In this document: piece after piece, positions 39,963 through 53,162 of the stretch
How the letters are laid out: each line of letters begins with the position of its first letter
How positions within the stretch are numbered: the stretch's first letter is position 1
Assembly: GCF_006345805.1 (NCBI RefSeq)
Contig: NC_043002.1
Span: forward strand, 46,500,001 to 46,564,000
Source of the DNA: Octopus sinensis
Lineage: Eukaryota
Length of the DNA stretch: 64,000 nt
Direction of reading: 5' to 3'
The notes under the pieces: model-generated
The model's input: only the letters and a program-made list of their open reading frames with translations
What the model was told of the DNA's origin: nothing
The model's database searches: none
Made by a program: the position numbers and the translations under genes

Positions 39963-41206
39963 GTAAGTCTGATTGAGTGCTACAAGAACATAAGCGTCAA
40001 TATTTATCCTTACTTAAACATGGATTTTGTTGTGTTTAGGCAGAATTATTATACCAATATAATTAACACACGCACTGGTCCAGTTCCACTCCTTTATTAT
40101 TAGTCAATTAGTTAAATATTCAACTAGTGAACCAGTGCGTGTGTTAATTATATTGGCATAATGACTCTTCCTAAACACAACAAAATTTGTTTCAACACAC
40201 CACGAATTCATATAAAGAATCTTGCAAACCAGATACAAAAACGAAGTTAAAAGCGGATGTTCTGTTAGAACAAACTATACTGTGGCAGACGCCATGAGAG
40301 AAACCCTCATATCGGCTTTTGGTGCAAACTACTATTGTTTATATCGCTAGCGGGGAGATAAATACCCACCTCCCCCAGCGCCGAAACCACGAGGTCACGT
40401 GATTTCGACCTTCCTTGGTCTTGTCACTGATGGCCGCTCAACCGTTAGAGGTAGCAGTAACTCGTCTTTCCACCAGCGACATGTAGAAAAACACTGCCAG
40501 AACAGGCGCTGATGGGGCGATTAGCCAGTGAGCTTGTTAAAAAGTAACTACCAATGTAGAAAGTCAAACACGCTTTTAGATATTAAGGCTTGATATTGTT
40601 TACAATCCTTTTTGATGTTAGATATAATCCCACTCAATCTAAAATTTTTATATTTCTTCCTGTAATAGAGCTGTTATACAAAAGAGAAAGAAATTACAAA
40701 AAGAAAGAGAAGTACAAGTAACGCATTTACTGTACACTGAAGCTACATCGAACACAATATACTAGTTTCAGCAACTTCGAGGGTGTGGATAAGTCGATTA
40801 CATCAACCCTATTGCTTAATTGGATGGAGGCGCGTGGCTTAGTGGTTAGGGTGTCAGCATCATGATCATAAGATTGTGGTTTTGATTCCTGGACCGGGCG
40901 ACGCGTTGTGTTCTTGAGCAAAACACTTCATTTCAAGTTGCTCCAGTCCACTTAGCTGGCAAAAATGAGTAACGCTGCGATGGACTGGCGTCCTGTCCAG
41001 CTGGGGAACACATACGCCATAGAAACCGGGAAACCGGGCCCATGAGCCTGCCTGGCTAGGCTTTAAAAGGGCGCATTTATTTTTATTACTTAATTGGTAC
41101 TTATTTTATCGATACCGAAAAGATGAAAGGTAAAGTCGGCCTCGACGAGTATCGAACAATATATTGCCCGTGTGGAAATCACAGCAGCATATTGACTATT
41201 TTCTAG

Positions 41207-41356
41207 GAGCAACAGTTCTTTAGGGAAGTTACACAAGATTGCATTGCCTTGTACGAAAAATCCTTCAATAAAGTCGACAAACGAAATAGTACTTCTTTTA
41301 GTTTGCTGCCCTTCTGTTGTCCTGCAACAAAAGTCTTTTCTAGGCGTGGCGGTGTG
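41207..41356 (+). CDS. Candidate 150-nt phase 0-0 exon (EQQFFREVTQDCIALYEKSFNKVDKRNSTS...)
   Basis: Acceptor ttgactattttctag and 50 open codons; the donor GTG|gtaaga lies in a SINE head. Confidence 0.25.
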
Positions 41357-41484
41357 GTAAGAAGTTTGCTTCCCAATCACATAGTTCCGGGTTTGGTCTC
41401 TCTATGTGGCGCCTTGGACAAGCAACTTCTACTATAACCTCGAGTGAGTGGATTTGGAAGTCGGAAACTGAAAGAATCCTGTCG

Positions 41485-41548
<64 letters not shown>

Positions 41549-41772
41549 TCTCCGTAGTAAGTATTTTATTGCAAAATAAATATTTATAAGATGGTATAAG
41601 ACCACAAAAGAATATATTAGACTTTACAAGACTTTAAAAGAAGTGTTGAAAGTTTCGTCTTTCATTTTCAATACATAAGTTTACTCTTCTACACATGTTT
41701 TGACATGCATCTTGGATGAAAAAAAATTCACTGCGGAGAAACTTTTTGAACACCCAGTGTGCGCGCGCGCGC

Positions 41773-41824
<52 letters not shown>

Positions 41825-44800
41825 GTCTTTGTGTTTGTCCTCCATCACCGGTGTTAGTTTGTTTATGCCCCTGCTATTTAACTCTTCGGCAAAAGGGACG
41901 GATGGAATAAGCATCAAGCTTTAAAATAATAAAATCGACTAAACTCTTGAAGGTGGTGCTCCAGTATGGCCGCAATATAATGACTGAATCAAGTAAAAGG
42001 TAAAAGACGATGCGTTGCAGTTATGAAGCCGTATTGGGACTCACCAGATTTTTTTCATCCATGATCTTAGCAAAACTTCTCCCGCAACCGAAAGGAATCA
42101 GATGCTTTTACTTTTGTTATACGATTTATTTTATATCTGATGATGAACGTTGTACACACTTTTTCATGGAAGATAGTAAAATACCATTCTAAGATGACGA
42201 ACTTCATGGCACAGGGAGACTTTTGATTCATAGTTATTGCAGTGATGGAAAATATGTCCCGTGTATTACTACAATTTTCAGTTCATGCAAAAAGGGACAT
42301 TGGTTCTTTTATCGCTTATCTTTTACTTGTTTTCAAGCTGGGGCATCTCTGTTATAGTTAAGTCGAACAACTCAAGCCACTACTTTTTAAAGTCTCGTAC
42401 TTATTCAATTAGTTTCTTTTTCCGAATCGCTAACTAAAGGTGACGTAAACAAACTAACACTGGTTATCAAGCGAGGGACAAACGCAAACACATACACACA
42501 CAGACACAAACACATATATACGACGGGCTTCCACACAGTTTCCGTCGACCGTTTTCACTCACAAGGCATTCGTCAGCCCGGAGCTGTACTAGAAGACACT
42601 TGCCCAAAGTGTCGCGCAGTGACACTGACTCCGAAATCATGTGGCTGCAAAGTGAATTTTTAAATCACTTAGAAGAATAAAAAGAAAAAGTGAAAGAAAA
42701 AAAAAAGCTAAGTCGAAGTACACTGTAGGTTAGCTAGCCTAAGGTACTGAATATTCTGGAACGACTCCTGTTATTAATAAACGGAAAACAATTTCGTTGA
42801 AAACAAAATAGGAAACAATTTAAAGCAAAAATATCTCTAGTCTGAATATGATGTTAATATTTCGGTTTTGTGTCTCATTCGACACACACCCGTCTCCAAT
42901 TTCATGTATCCTCTCCCTTAGTATTCATTGGTGAATTTAATAAACAGTAAATAGGTTTAATATTAAATTAACAAATATGTCAAGTGTTTATAAACATTAC
43001 CAAATAAAATGACACAGATTGCAAACAGGTAGTATATAATAAACAACTAATGATTACAGTAAATGTATTTCTTGAAGCTTTACTTCATTTTACGTTTATG
43101 TGGGACCAGTCTTGTTTCAAGGTATAAGAAGCACATTGAGGGGTTGACCAGGACACCGCACGAATCTAGCGACCCATCGCTAATCTATGCAGTGGTTTGC
43201 TGTCAATAAATATTATTGGCTCCAGTGCATTGTTTTGCCCGCGGGCCTATAATACTTCTAAGAAAGCCTTGTATGGGACCCTTGAATATATTCTCCTAAC
43301 CCTTTTCTAAAAATGCATCCCTTTGCTTTCAAGTCAACGAAAGAACTTGTACGCAGTTGCTTGAACTGCTAAAAATAGCTGCCAAATTCCCAGGAACACG
43401 TTTAGATAATGTAAACTCGAGGTGTTGAATGCATGAAAATAAGATGGGACGGTTATAATTTAAATGCCTTTGATCATAGGTCTGATCGATTATTGCCGAT
43501 CTGTTGTGAACAAGCATGCTTGTTCACTAGACAGATATTTGTATGCCAATGCTTATCAACATTACGAAAAGTTCTCGTACAAGGATACATTTCCATTACT
43601 TATAAACACACACATACACAAGTATATTTTATATCATTCACTACGCATGCAAGCGCGCGCACGCATCCATACATACACATAACCATATTATGCACTTTCT
43701 ATGCTCTACTGGTTCATAAACATGCACACGGCACATACGTTGTGGAATAAGTAACACGTTCCAAGTCAAGAACGAAATGTTGCGACTATTAATTTTACGA
43801 CGTTATTTTTTTTCCTTTATATTCTTATATCCAGTTGGTACGCGTGAAATACATTCACATGTGTGTACGTGCATGTGTATTTTATATCTGGGCTATGTAG
43901 TGAATTAGAAATGCATATGCGTGTGTGTGCGTGCGTACCAGATATACACGTACAATCGTTTGGCCGTGGACCCAAAGTTCACCATGTCTTAGACCATATA
44001 GAAGTTACAACATCGAGTTTTCGTGTAAAATAAAATTATATAAGTTTAATAAACAAGAAACTTGGTACTAGAATTGTTTTTACTTCTATAATATTTCAAC
44101 CATTATTAAATGAGAGTGACAGAGAATGAATACTTTTTCTCTATAAATATTCGCTCATATTAAATCTTTAAAGAAAAAAAAATATATATATATGCAAGCT
44201 ACTTCTGTGTTGTGGGCTGGTGTAGTTAGTAGTACTGATACTACTAAGCAGCATAAGTGAGTCATAGCTGTGTGTATGTGTGTGAGTGTCTGCCTCACCC
44301 TTATTAGCTCCAATAAGTCCGTGAAGTACTGTTTCTGGACAAGATTAAAGTGTTTACAATACTAATACAACGGATAGAAATGATAAAACTTTTAACATTA
44401 ACACCTTACACTGCTTTCACAAGAGTCTGTTGAATTGAAATGTATCCACTGTGCACTTAATAACGAGCATTAGATTGTCTATTAAAACTTTTCAGCTTAA
44501 TTAATAATCATCATTTAGTCCTTATGTATCGGACCCTGAACCCAAACAGACTAAAGGGAGCAAAGACCTAACATATCCGAACTAAGATTGTATTTCAATG
44601 CTTAAGAAAATACGCTTATCATATTGAAATTTGACAATACGTCCTTAAACTATTATAAAAATATTAGAAACCATACTTTTCTCTTCCTATTTGCTCTTGA
44701 CTTAATATTTCTTATTAATTCTGATGCTCATGTACCGTGTTTAGGTTCAGGTCAGGTCTTCATTTACCAAATGTTCATTCGCTTCGTAGTCTGTCACCAC

Positions 44801-46503
44801 TATGACTACAATAGCAACAACAGCCTCGCTGTGGTCGCTTGATTTGACAGAAATAGCAGCCAAATTTCATACCCTATTGTTTGTTTGCAAATCGGAAGGT
44901 TGCAATAATTTAGACTTAGATACATTATATCGTAGTAGAAAAAAAAGACAGACAGAGAGGAGAGAGAGATACAGAGTGAGAAAGATAGATAGATAGCTAG
45001 ATAGAGAGTAAGAGAGAGAGAAAGAAAGAATCGTTACGGTTAAAATACCTTTAATCATAGTAATCAGGGCTTATCTGGGCATAAATAATGCAACATTATA
45101 CCACAACAATAACGAGCCGACAACGCAGCCTCTACGTGGTTACTCGGTCTGTTAGAAATAACAGCTAAATTGCCTTACTGTTTTAAAAAAACTGATATTC
45201 AAGATTACACTAGATAACGTAGTAGTGGATACACGTTGCATAAATAAAAGATGCGATGTCATGGTTGAAATGCTTTTTTATGATCATAGGTGTACTTTTG
45301 ATTAGGGTTGACCTGCTATATGAACAAGGGAGTGAGCCTCTATGCACTTGCGTAGCTTGTTAGAAATAGCAGCAACCAAATTTCCCTTAAATCACACGCT
45401 AGCGTCTTAAGAAAAGGATTATGTAGTTTTTGATATACAACATCTGAAATAAAGATGGGATGGTCACTCCTGGAATGACTTTAATCATAGCTCAACAACG
45501 AATATAATAGCAATGTTCTGTGAAAATGGTTGGATGGCTCACCATTTAATTTCAGATAGAATAAGCGAATGCTATTCAGAATTTATTTTTCGGACATTAT
45601 TTCTGTCCTTCCCTCCTCATTCGTTCTTTCTTCTCTCCATCCATTCACTCCGCGCTCGGTGTCCATGTCAGACTATTGTGTTGATAATGTATTATATTTG
45701 TTTAATGCCAGACGTTATGTTAACTAGCTGATTTGAAGTTACCACTATTTGTATTTAACTAGCTCGGCTGTTCACAAAAGCTTCGAATTAAGTTCTCTTG
45801 TCTTGTAAACATTCGCTTGCTTTCACCACTTACAATTGCTGATAAAAAAAAATACTTCTCACAAAACACCACAGACACACGTACACATATGAACTATTAA
45901 ACATAAGTAATTAATAGATGACCCAACAAAGGAGCCTCTACGTTAGATATAGGGAGACCTGCGGGAAAAACTTTGCCTGCATTTAAATTCGAAATTGATC
46001 GCAGGCAAAGTTCTATATATCTGCCTGTCTGTCTGTTTAAGCCGTATGAACAGTTGTTTAATGTTAAATTAAAGATTCATTAATTTTTCTAGCATAACTG
46101 CACTCCTTTCCAACTTCTTATGCACTTGTAGTTCGTAGAGTAGGGGTGTGCTGTACTGGTCTCACGACCTGTTAGCAAAAGCATCCACATCTTCATCAAA
46201 TCACTACGGTCTTAAAAATGGAAGGTTATATTGGACAATGCAGTCTTAGATATTACAGGATGGTCACAACTGGAATGCTTATGCTTTCCATCATAAGTGT
46301 GCCCGATCACGATAGAACCGGGGGCTATACAACAACTAATAAATATACTGGCAAAAATGTATACTCGTTTATAGTTTCGTAAGAGACCCGGGTAACTGAT
46401 TACGATCGTCAATGGGCATCATTTCTTTCACCTCACTCGCAAACGATTTTTACAAGAGCATGAACATCACAGCATCTTGTCTCTTTCCTACTCAATGTAT
46501 AAG

Positions 46504-46539
46504 GTTATATGGATACCAGTTTATGATACGTGCCAATGA
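46504..46539 (+). CDS. Candidate 36-nt exon (LYGYQFMIRAN)
   Basis: Donor gtaagt, weak AAG acceptor after a pyrimidine tract; phase 2-2 is compatible with 47271-47315. Confidence 0.2.
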   Translation, partial: VIWIPVYDTCQ

Positions 46540-47270
46540 GTAAGTGGTAAATTCCCAGCGACCGAGTTTCGATTCTTGGTTGAAGACAACATGTACTTCC
46601 CGTAAGACATTATTACTATTTCAAAATACTACGAGTCTCCCGTTTCCCTATGAGTTTTGTGGTCATGTGAAGATGGTAATGATGACGATGATGTATTCTT
46701 TTGTGAAGTCCAAAAGAGAGAGATTTTCCCTACAAAGACATGTCACCTGATAGATTTTGGGAACCATTCTGGATCTACAGACTTTAGGGGATAGTAAGGA
46801 CGAATTCGGTACCGAATGATGAGATCTGGGGCAGCATATTCCTTATCTTCGTTATTGCCTAAGTTTATAAGCAGGACATTACACATTTTGTTCTGTTTAT
46901 CAAAGTCCGAGCAGATGAGTTCATTGACCCGTCTCTATTTTTTTCTCTTTCTCTTTTCTATACATATTCTAATAAAAAAAATTAAGACCCGAAAATGAAA
47001 GCAAAAAAAAAAAAATGACAAAAAACATTACCCATAAGTGGAAGGCATCGAACTATTTTTATGAATGGGAAAATAGCCAAACAAGGGAGGATCTCAGGGG
47101 AATTAGCAAATGTTGTTGCCAGGAATATGGTAGAAACGAACGTTAACGTGGTTTTCGGGGGAAACTACATTGTCAACAACAATAATATATACGTTTCTAT
47201 GTTATATATTCGTCTTTCCCTCGAGCTCTTTTTCGTTGTTTTTCGTATGTTGTTTCTGTCTATCAAATAG

Positions 47271-47315
47271 ACCAGAGCAGACTTATGAACAAAGCCATTC
47301 CAACCGTAACTATTG
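47271..47315 (+). CDS. Candidate 45-nt symmetric exon (PEQTYEQSHSNRNY or QSRLMNKAIPTVTI)
   Basis: Pyrimidine-rich tract of about 50 nt ending caaatag; donor TTG|gtatgt. Confidence 0.45.
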
Positions 47316-47572
47316 GTATGTTTGTACTATTTCTAGCAAGTCGAGTGAACGCATACAAGCTCTCTCGTTTGTTCAGTTTTTATTTTTGTTTTAGCAAGAG
47401 GCAGGAACATAAGAACTTTTCGATATCTAAGGTCTCTCTCAGTCTAGCTATCTCTCTATCTGTTTCTATTTCTCAGTCAGTCTATCTTTCCATCGATCTA
47501 TAACCATTTAGATCTCAATTTTAAACCCTATCTATCCATCGATCGATAGATCGATCCAAACAACCAACCAAC

Positions 47573-47573
47573 C

Positions 47574-47652
<79 letters not shown>

Positions 47653-47668
47653 ATCTATCTATCTATCT
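47573..47668. repeat. (CTAT)n tetranucleotide microsatellite
   Basis: About 20 near-perfect units are directly visible. Confidence 0.95.
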
Positions 47669-48685
47669 ACCTGTCTGTCTGCCTGTCTGTTTGTCTGTCC
47701 ATCCTATCATCCATTCATCAGTCAGTCTGCCTGTCTGTCTGTATGTCTGTCTGTCTTATAGTCACAACGTGTGATACGTTGACTACGTGCCTGCCTGAGT
47801 ATGCATATGGAGGGGACGGGGCGCGTGTAACCTTTTTTTATATATTTGGTAACATAGTAAATACACGTTGCAGATAAACCGAGACGAATATGAGTGCAGA
47901 TTGGGATGCCAGCTGACAGCGTTTACTATGTGTCCGAACCAGCTGAATGGATGGAAGCACTACTATATGTCCGAACCAGCTGAAAGAACAGGAGTTGGTA
48001 TTCGGTTACCAGCAGTGCGATATGTCCGACGTCAAGACATAAATATTCTCAACGGCTTAGTTTGAATAGCTGCTGAGAGGTTCCATAGGGATTATAGCAG
48101 CACTAACAGCGACAGCAGCAGCAGCAGTAGTAGTAGTAGTAGTAGTAGTAGTAGTCGAGCAAAATGCCTTAGCGGTATTTAGTTCAGAGTTCAAATCCCG
48201 CTGAGGTTAACTTTGCATTTTATCCTTCCGAGGTCGTTAAAATAAAGTACCAATCAAATAGTGAGCTGGATTTGTATTCCTATAAATATACCTAAATGTG
48301 AATAAAATAAGAAACGACAAAAAAAAAATAATAAAAAGAAGAGGGTTCATGTGAGGCACAGGCACGGGTGAGTGATTTTGGATTCAGTCTCACTGTGCGG
48401 CACATTGACCACGTGCCTTCCACTATGCCCCCTAGCCTTGTTAAAGAATTTGATAGCTGGAGACTTAGCAAGCACTTAGTATATATATATATCTCACCTC
48501 TTGATCCTCTCCATTCTCTTATTGGTATATTTATATATAACTAACGGTTTTGAAAATCTTTTTAGATTACGGAACGCCCAGGTCTCTCATGTATCCATAT
48601 CTAAAATTTCAGTGCGATCGGATGAACAATACTCGTGTTATAAGCGCACAGACAGACAGACGGAACGATTTTATGTATGAAGATA

Positions 48686-48696
<11 letters not shown>

Positions 48697-48766
<70 letters not shown>

Positions 48767-48780
48767 TGTGTGAGTGTGTG
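48697..48780. repeat. (TG)n microsatellite
   Basis: Directly visible; explains ORFs 48550-48765 and 48601-48825. Confidence 0.95.
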
Positions 48781-48844
48781 TTCGTTTTGTAGTTTCAGCT
48801 CCGAGCTGAGGCTATGCTGGAGCACCGCCGTTTTGCTACACTGT

Positions 48845-51142
48845 TATTACTGAGATCCTTCTTTAATATGTAGCACTTGGTGTAGAATGGAGTTTGTTGT
48901 AGTTACTCTTATTTGCACCTCTTGCCGTGAGGTAGGTTCGTCTGGAACTCTCGACAGGAAGAGGTCCAGCCTTGATGTAAAAGCGCCTACATCTACTTTG
49001 TGCAAGTTCCTCAGACGCTTTGGGGGAATATTAAAAAGCTGGTGTCCCTGAAACCCAGGCTGTTGCAGTAACTTGTCCTGAAGTGCGATGGCATTGCTGA
49101 GATCTTTGGCACTGTGCAGTGTCGACCCGTTCTGACATTGGTGTAGTTTTCAATGCCAAAATTTGGCACAGTTCCTTCCAGGATCTTCGAGAGGTATATT
49201 ACTGTGCACCTCTCCTGCCATCGCTCCAGGGAGTAGAGCCTTAGCTGTTTCAGCCTTTCTCAGGAGCTGAGGTGTTGCAAGGAAACGATGTTCTTTGTGA
49301 AGCTCGCTGGATTGCTTCAAGGTCTGCTGTTAATTTTACACTGTTGGGTGACTATAGCTAGGAGCAGTAATCCAGGCAGCTGAAGACGAATGTCCTCCAG
49401 AGGACCATCATGGTTTCCTTATCTCTGGTTCTGAATGTTCTCAGGATCCATCCATCCAGTCTTCTGCACTTTGTGGCCATCCTGGTAATGTGCACTTGGA
49501 AAGAGGAATTATCACTCATATCGATAACCAGGTCCCTGACTGATTTAAGCTCTGGGATTGTAATTCCCTGGGGACCAGTGTACTCTGTAAGTTTCATATT
49601 CAGTTTTCGACGCTGGTAGCGGAGGGCTTGAAATTTTCAGCATTAAACTGTATATTATTATCCTCAGCCCATCTATAAATTGAGTCCAACTCCTGCTGCA
49701 GATGTGCAACATCGCTGAGGTTCTGTATTTTCTGCGAGACTTTCGTATCGTCTGCGTAGCTTGCAAGGGTGGCTATCCGGGCGGTTGAGGGCATATCTGA
49801 AAGAGCCACTATGAAAAGCAGGCCCAAGACAGTGCCCTGTGGCACACCGCTTACTATTTGTGTTTTCATTGAGTTGGCTCCATTGGCCACTACTGCCTGA
49901 CTTCTATCTTTCAGAATGTCATGTAACCACTCTCCAAGTTTTCCAGCTATGCCAAGATCACGCAGTTTGTGGCATATCATACCATGATCCACCTTGTCAA
50001 AAGCTTTTGCAAAATCAAGGTATATTATGTCCACATTTGAGTAGTTGAGTAACTGCCACAACACTCAGTCATAATGTTGTAGGAGCTGAGTCAAGCAGCT
50101 CCCACCTGGTCGAAAACCATGCTAGGTATCACTCAGCAAGTTATTTTCTTCAAGGAATGCGATTAGTTTCCCTCTGACTATCCGTTTGCTGATGTGTGAA
50201 GCCAGAGAGATAGGCCTATAGTTTTTGGTATCTGCTCTGCTTCCCCTTTTATGGATTGGGCATATGATTCCCTCCTTCAGCTTGCTTGGCTGTCTGCCAT
50301 TTGCAAGAAAGCTCTGGAAGAGAATCTGGAGGGGTTTTGCCAGAGCACGCTTACAGGATTTGAGAAGGATTGCTGAGAAACCACCAGGACCAGCAGTTGA
50401 GCTTGTGTCCACTTCATCTATGGCTAGTAGTATATTCTCTAATGTCGATGTATTCCATCGTAACTGCCTCGCTGGTTACAGGTGAGGCGGCAAAGAAGTC
50501 CACTGGTTCGTTCACTTGTCTGTGTTCCAACGAGGTGGTAAAGACACTTTTGAACTGGTCATTCAGCACTTCACTGATCCTGGTTGGACTGTCTGTGAGG
50601 GAGCCATCCTTTTAGAAGAGGGATCCTATCTTACAGCGTGCTGAGGCTGTTTCTTTCTCGTAATGAAAGAAGGCCTTTAGGTTGCAGCCTTTTTTCAATC
50701 TCCATCAGTGTTGCTTTTAGGCGAGACATTTCGCTACTTTTGGGATGTTGGTTGAGTCGATTTGCAACCTTCGCCCATCGTCTCATGAGGATCTTCCTCT
50801 TCCTTGTAATCTTGTTCGTATTTGTTTTGGACTTGTGCCCTGGAACATATTTCTGGCATATAACTTGCACAACATACATGATACATTCTAGTTTCATGCC
50901 AATGTCTGGTGTGGAGAGACATTTCGGCCAGTTCTGTCTGAGGATCTCTTTTTGCATCGATTTCCAGCATACTTTGTGGAAGCTCAGATTGGAGAGATTT
51001 CGGGTGCTTCCTTTAAGCTGTATGTCTCTGGTTACTTTCGGTCCAAACATAGACAGCTCTATTATGTTGTGATCCGAGACTAACGTCAGCATCACTTTCA
51101 CATCATGAGCGATGTCCATATTATTCGTGAAGCAGAGACCCA
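48845..51142 (-). mobile_element. 5'-truncated, inactivated CR1-clade LINE: end of APE endonuclease, reverse transcriptase and C-terminus
   Basis: Motifs SDHNII (APE end), AGPGGFSA, NYRPISLAS, HGFRPG, YLDFAKAFDKVDH, SGVPQGTVLG, YADD (49747-49758), LDYCS and FLSRVPDEP. In-frame stops (SDT*HGF) and frameshifts near 49600 and 50450-50630. Confidence 0.93.

Positions 51143-51222
<80 letters not shown>
51143..51222. repeat. (TA)n microsatellite at the LINE 5' truncation point
   Basis: Directly visible. Confidence 0.95.
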
Positions 51223-51225
<3 letters not shown>

Positions 51226-52066
51226 GGACGGAAGACAGAAACAGAAAGTATTTAATTCTTCATCAATTTTCAACCAGATGAAATTACTCAATGTCGCACG
51301 GTGCGAAACTGAGTAATATACATGTATGTATTTATGTATGCATGTATGTATGTATGTATGTATGTATGTATGTATGTTATCTGTCTGTGTCTTTGTGTTT
51401 GTCCATCCACCACAGCTTGTCAACCGGTGTTGGTATGTTTACGCCCTCATCACCAATAAAGCGGTTCGGCAAAAAGTGGATAGAATACGTACTAGATAGA
51501 AAAAAAAACATTCTAGCGTGTATTTGTGTGACTAAAACCCTTGAAGGCGTTATTCCATCATAGCAGCAGTCCAATGACTGAAACAGGTGATAGATAAAAA
51601 ATTTGAAACTACATAGGCATCACGCAGCTTATCCGTCTTAATTAAAAGCATTAAATGAAAATGTCTTCTCCGGAACCGCTATGAATGAATATGGGTCTTA
51701 TTATCACAAAGAATATATGTGTATATCAAACATGTAGCAATTGTCATTGAAAAAATAATTAGCAGTATTATATAAAAATTCTATATACTATTTAGATAGC
51801 CATGCATGTGACGTCTCGGAGTTGAATTGACGATGCCGTTGACTTTTCCTTGTGTCTTTACAGGTTCGTTAAAAATACAAATCCAACATACTTCTAGAGA
51901 TGCAATACTTGAATCATTAGCGTAGATGGGCGGTAGTGGCGATCCGCCCGAGACGGCACTTCTAAAGGGGCATCACTTTTGGATCTGCTGTAGAATATGC
52001 ACACACACACACACACACAAATATATATATACACAATACATATATATAGTATATATATATATATAG

Positions 52067-52105
<39 letters not shown>

Positions 52106-52133
52106 CACACACACACATATATAATACATACAT

Positions 52134-52169
<36 letters not shown>

Positions 52170-52530
52170 CAAAAATGGGACAAGAACGCAAAACATCCAG
52201 ACAGTTAGGTGATACAAAAAAGGGACAACAAAACATCCAGACAGACGATACAAAGAAAATAAGGACGGGCCATTCGGAGTTTTCTTTCCTCAGTCGAGTT
52301 CCAGATTATCTTTGCAATTTCGGCTGGCTATACTAGAGACTGCCTCAATCTGGCCAGCCCCAGGGAAAAACTGAGCTAAGAGCACTATATTCCTTGGAAG
52401 AAAGCAGCGAATGTATACGAAAACAAGGACGGGAAGAAAAAAAATGGAGAAATGGTACACAAATACAAATAACAGGACATTAACAACAGGTGTCTTTCGA
52501 CTAAGGACGAATTAAATTAAGCTGGGATGA
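52170..52530. mobile_element. Probable Penelope-like/unclassified repeat following a (TA)n/(CA)n tract
   Basis: Internal direct repeat gggacaa..caaaacatccagacag in two copies and a microsatellite-flanked context; family assignment is from recall only. Confidence 0.3.
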
Positions 52531-52654
52531 AATGTATTATAAATACACAAACAAGAAGTAAAAATGTATAACGTATACTGAGTGCAGAAGTAGACGGAAG
52601 ACAGGAGTAGAAAGTCCCTAATTTTTCATCAGTTTTCAACCAGATGAATTTACT

Positions 52655-53095
52655 CAATGTCGCTAGTGTTGTATCCTGAAATCATTTAGAGTCTCGGGTT
52701 TTAGAACACACTTTTATGCAGGTAACCCGATACTGGTTGATCAAGTATAGACCTGTGTCTACACAGTATTATACTGTCCTCTTCGATCTCTTTTCAACCA
52801 GAACTCTCTAAATTCTTTCTGAGCAGCCTCTACGTTCTCCTTGATGTCTCTTCTTCTGCTCATTCTTTGTAAAGCTCAGGGTTTCATAGGCCTTACTCAG
52901 GGTGCGACTTACTAATCCTCGACAGCCAAGCTCCACTAAAAAAACACCTAGTTCTATGCCAACTCCTTGCGCCTTCTCCAGCCTCTCTTCCAACGATATA
53001 CTTAACTCCAATTGCATTAGCTTTCTCGTTGTTTTGAAAACCAAGATGGTATCTGATTTCAAAGAAGTGTGGATGATACGCTGACAGTGAAATCG
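52655..53095 (-). mobile_element. HERO-like (R2 superfamily, RLE) non-LTR retrotransposon 3' end
   Basis: KSDTILV...LELSISLEERLEKA...VELGCRGLVSRTL...FWLKR matches RPDIVL...IELTVPWEE...VEVGCRGF...WLWLKR; followed by a HERO-like 3' UTR. Confidence 0.7.
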
Positions 53096-53116
53096 CTGCG
53101 CGTGTGTGTGTATATA

Positions 53117-53162
<46 letters not shown>

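Noticed and set aside
42045-42104. Minus-strand HLIPFGCGRSF resembling the cytochrome P450 heme motif
   Set aside because: It lacks the invariant CxG, has a stop immediately upstream and no pyrimidine tract at the acceptor.
47868-48065. ORF with repeated tgtccgaaccagctgaa
   Set aside because: A small internal tandem duplication with no splice donor or recognisable domain.
49600-50412. RT ORFs as an active retroelement or domesticated RT gene
   Set aside because: In-frame stops, frameshifts and 5' truncation indicate a dead LINE copy.
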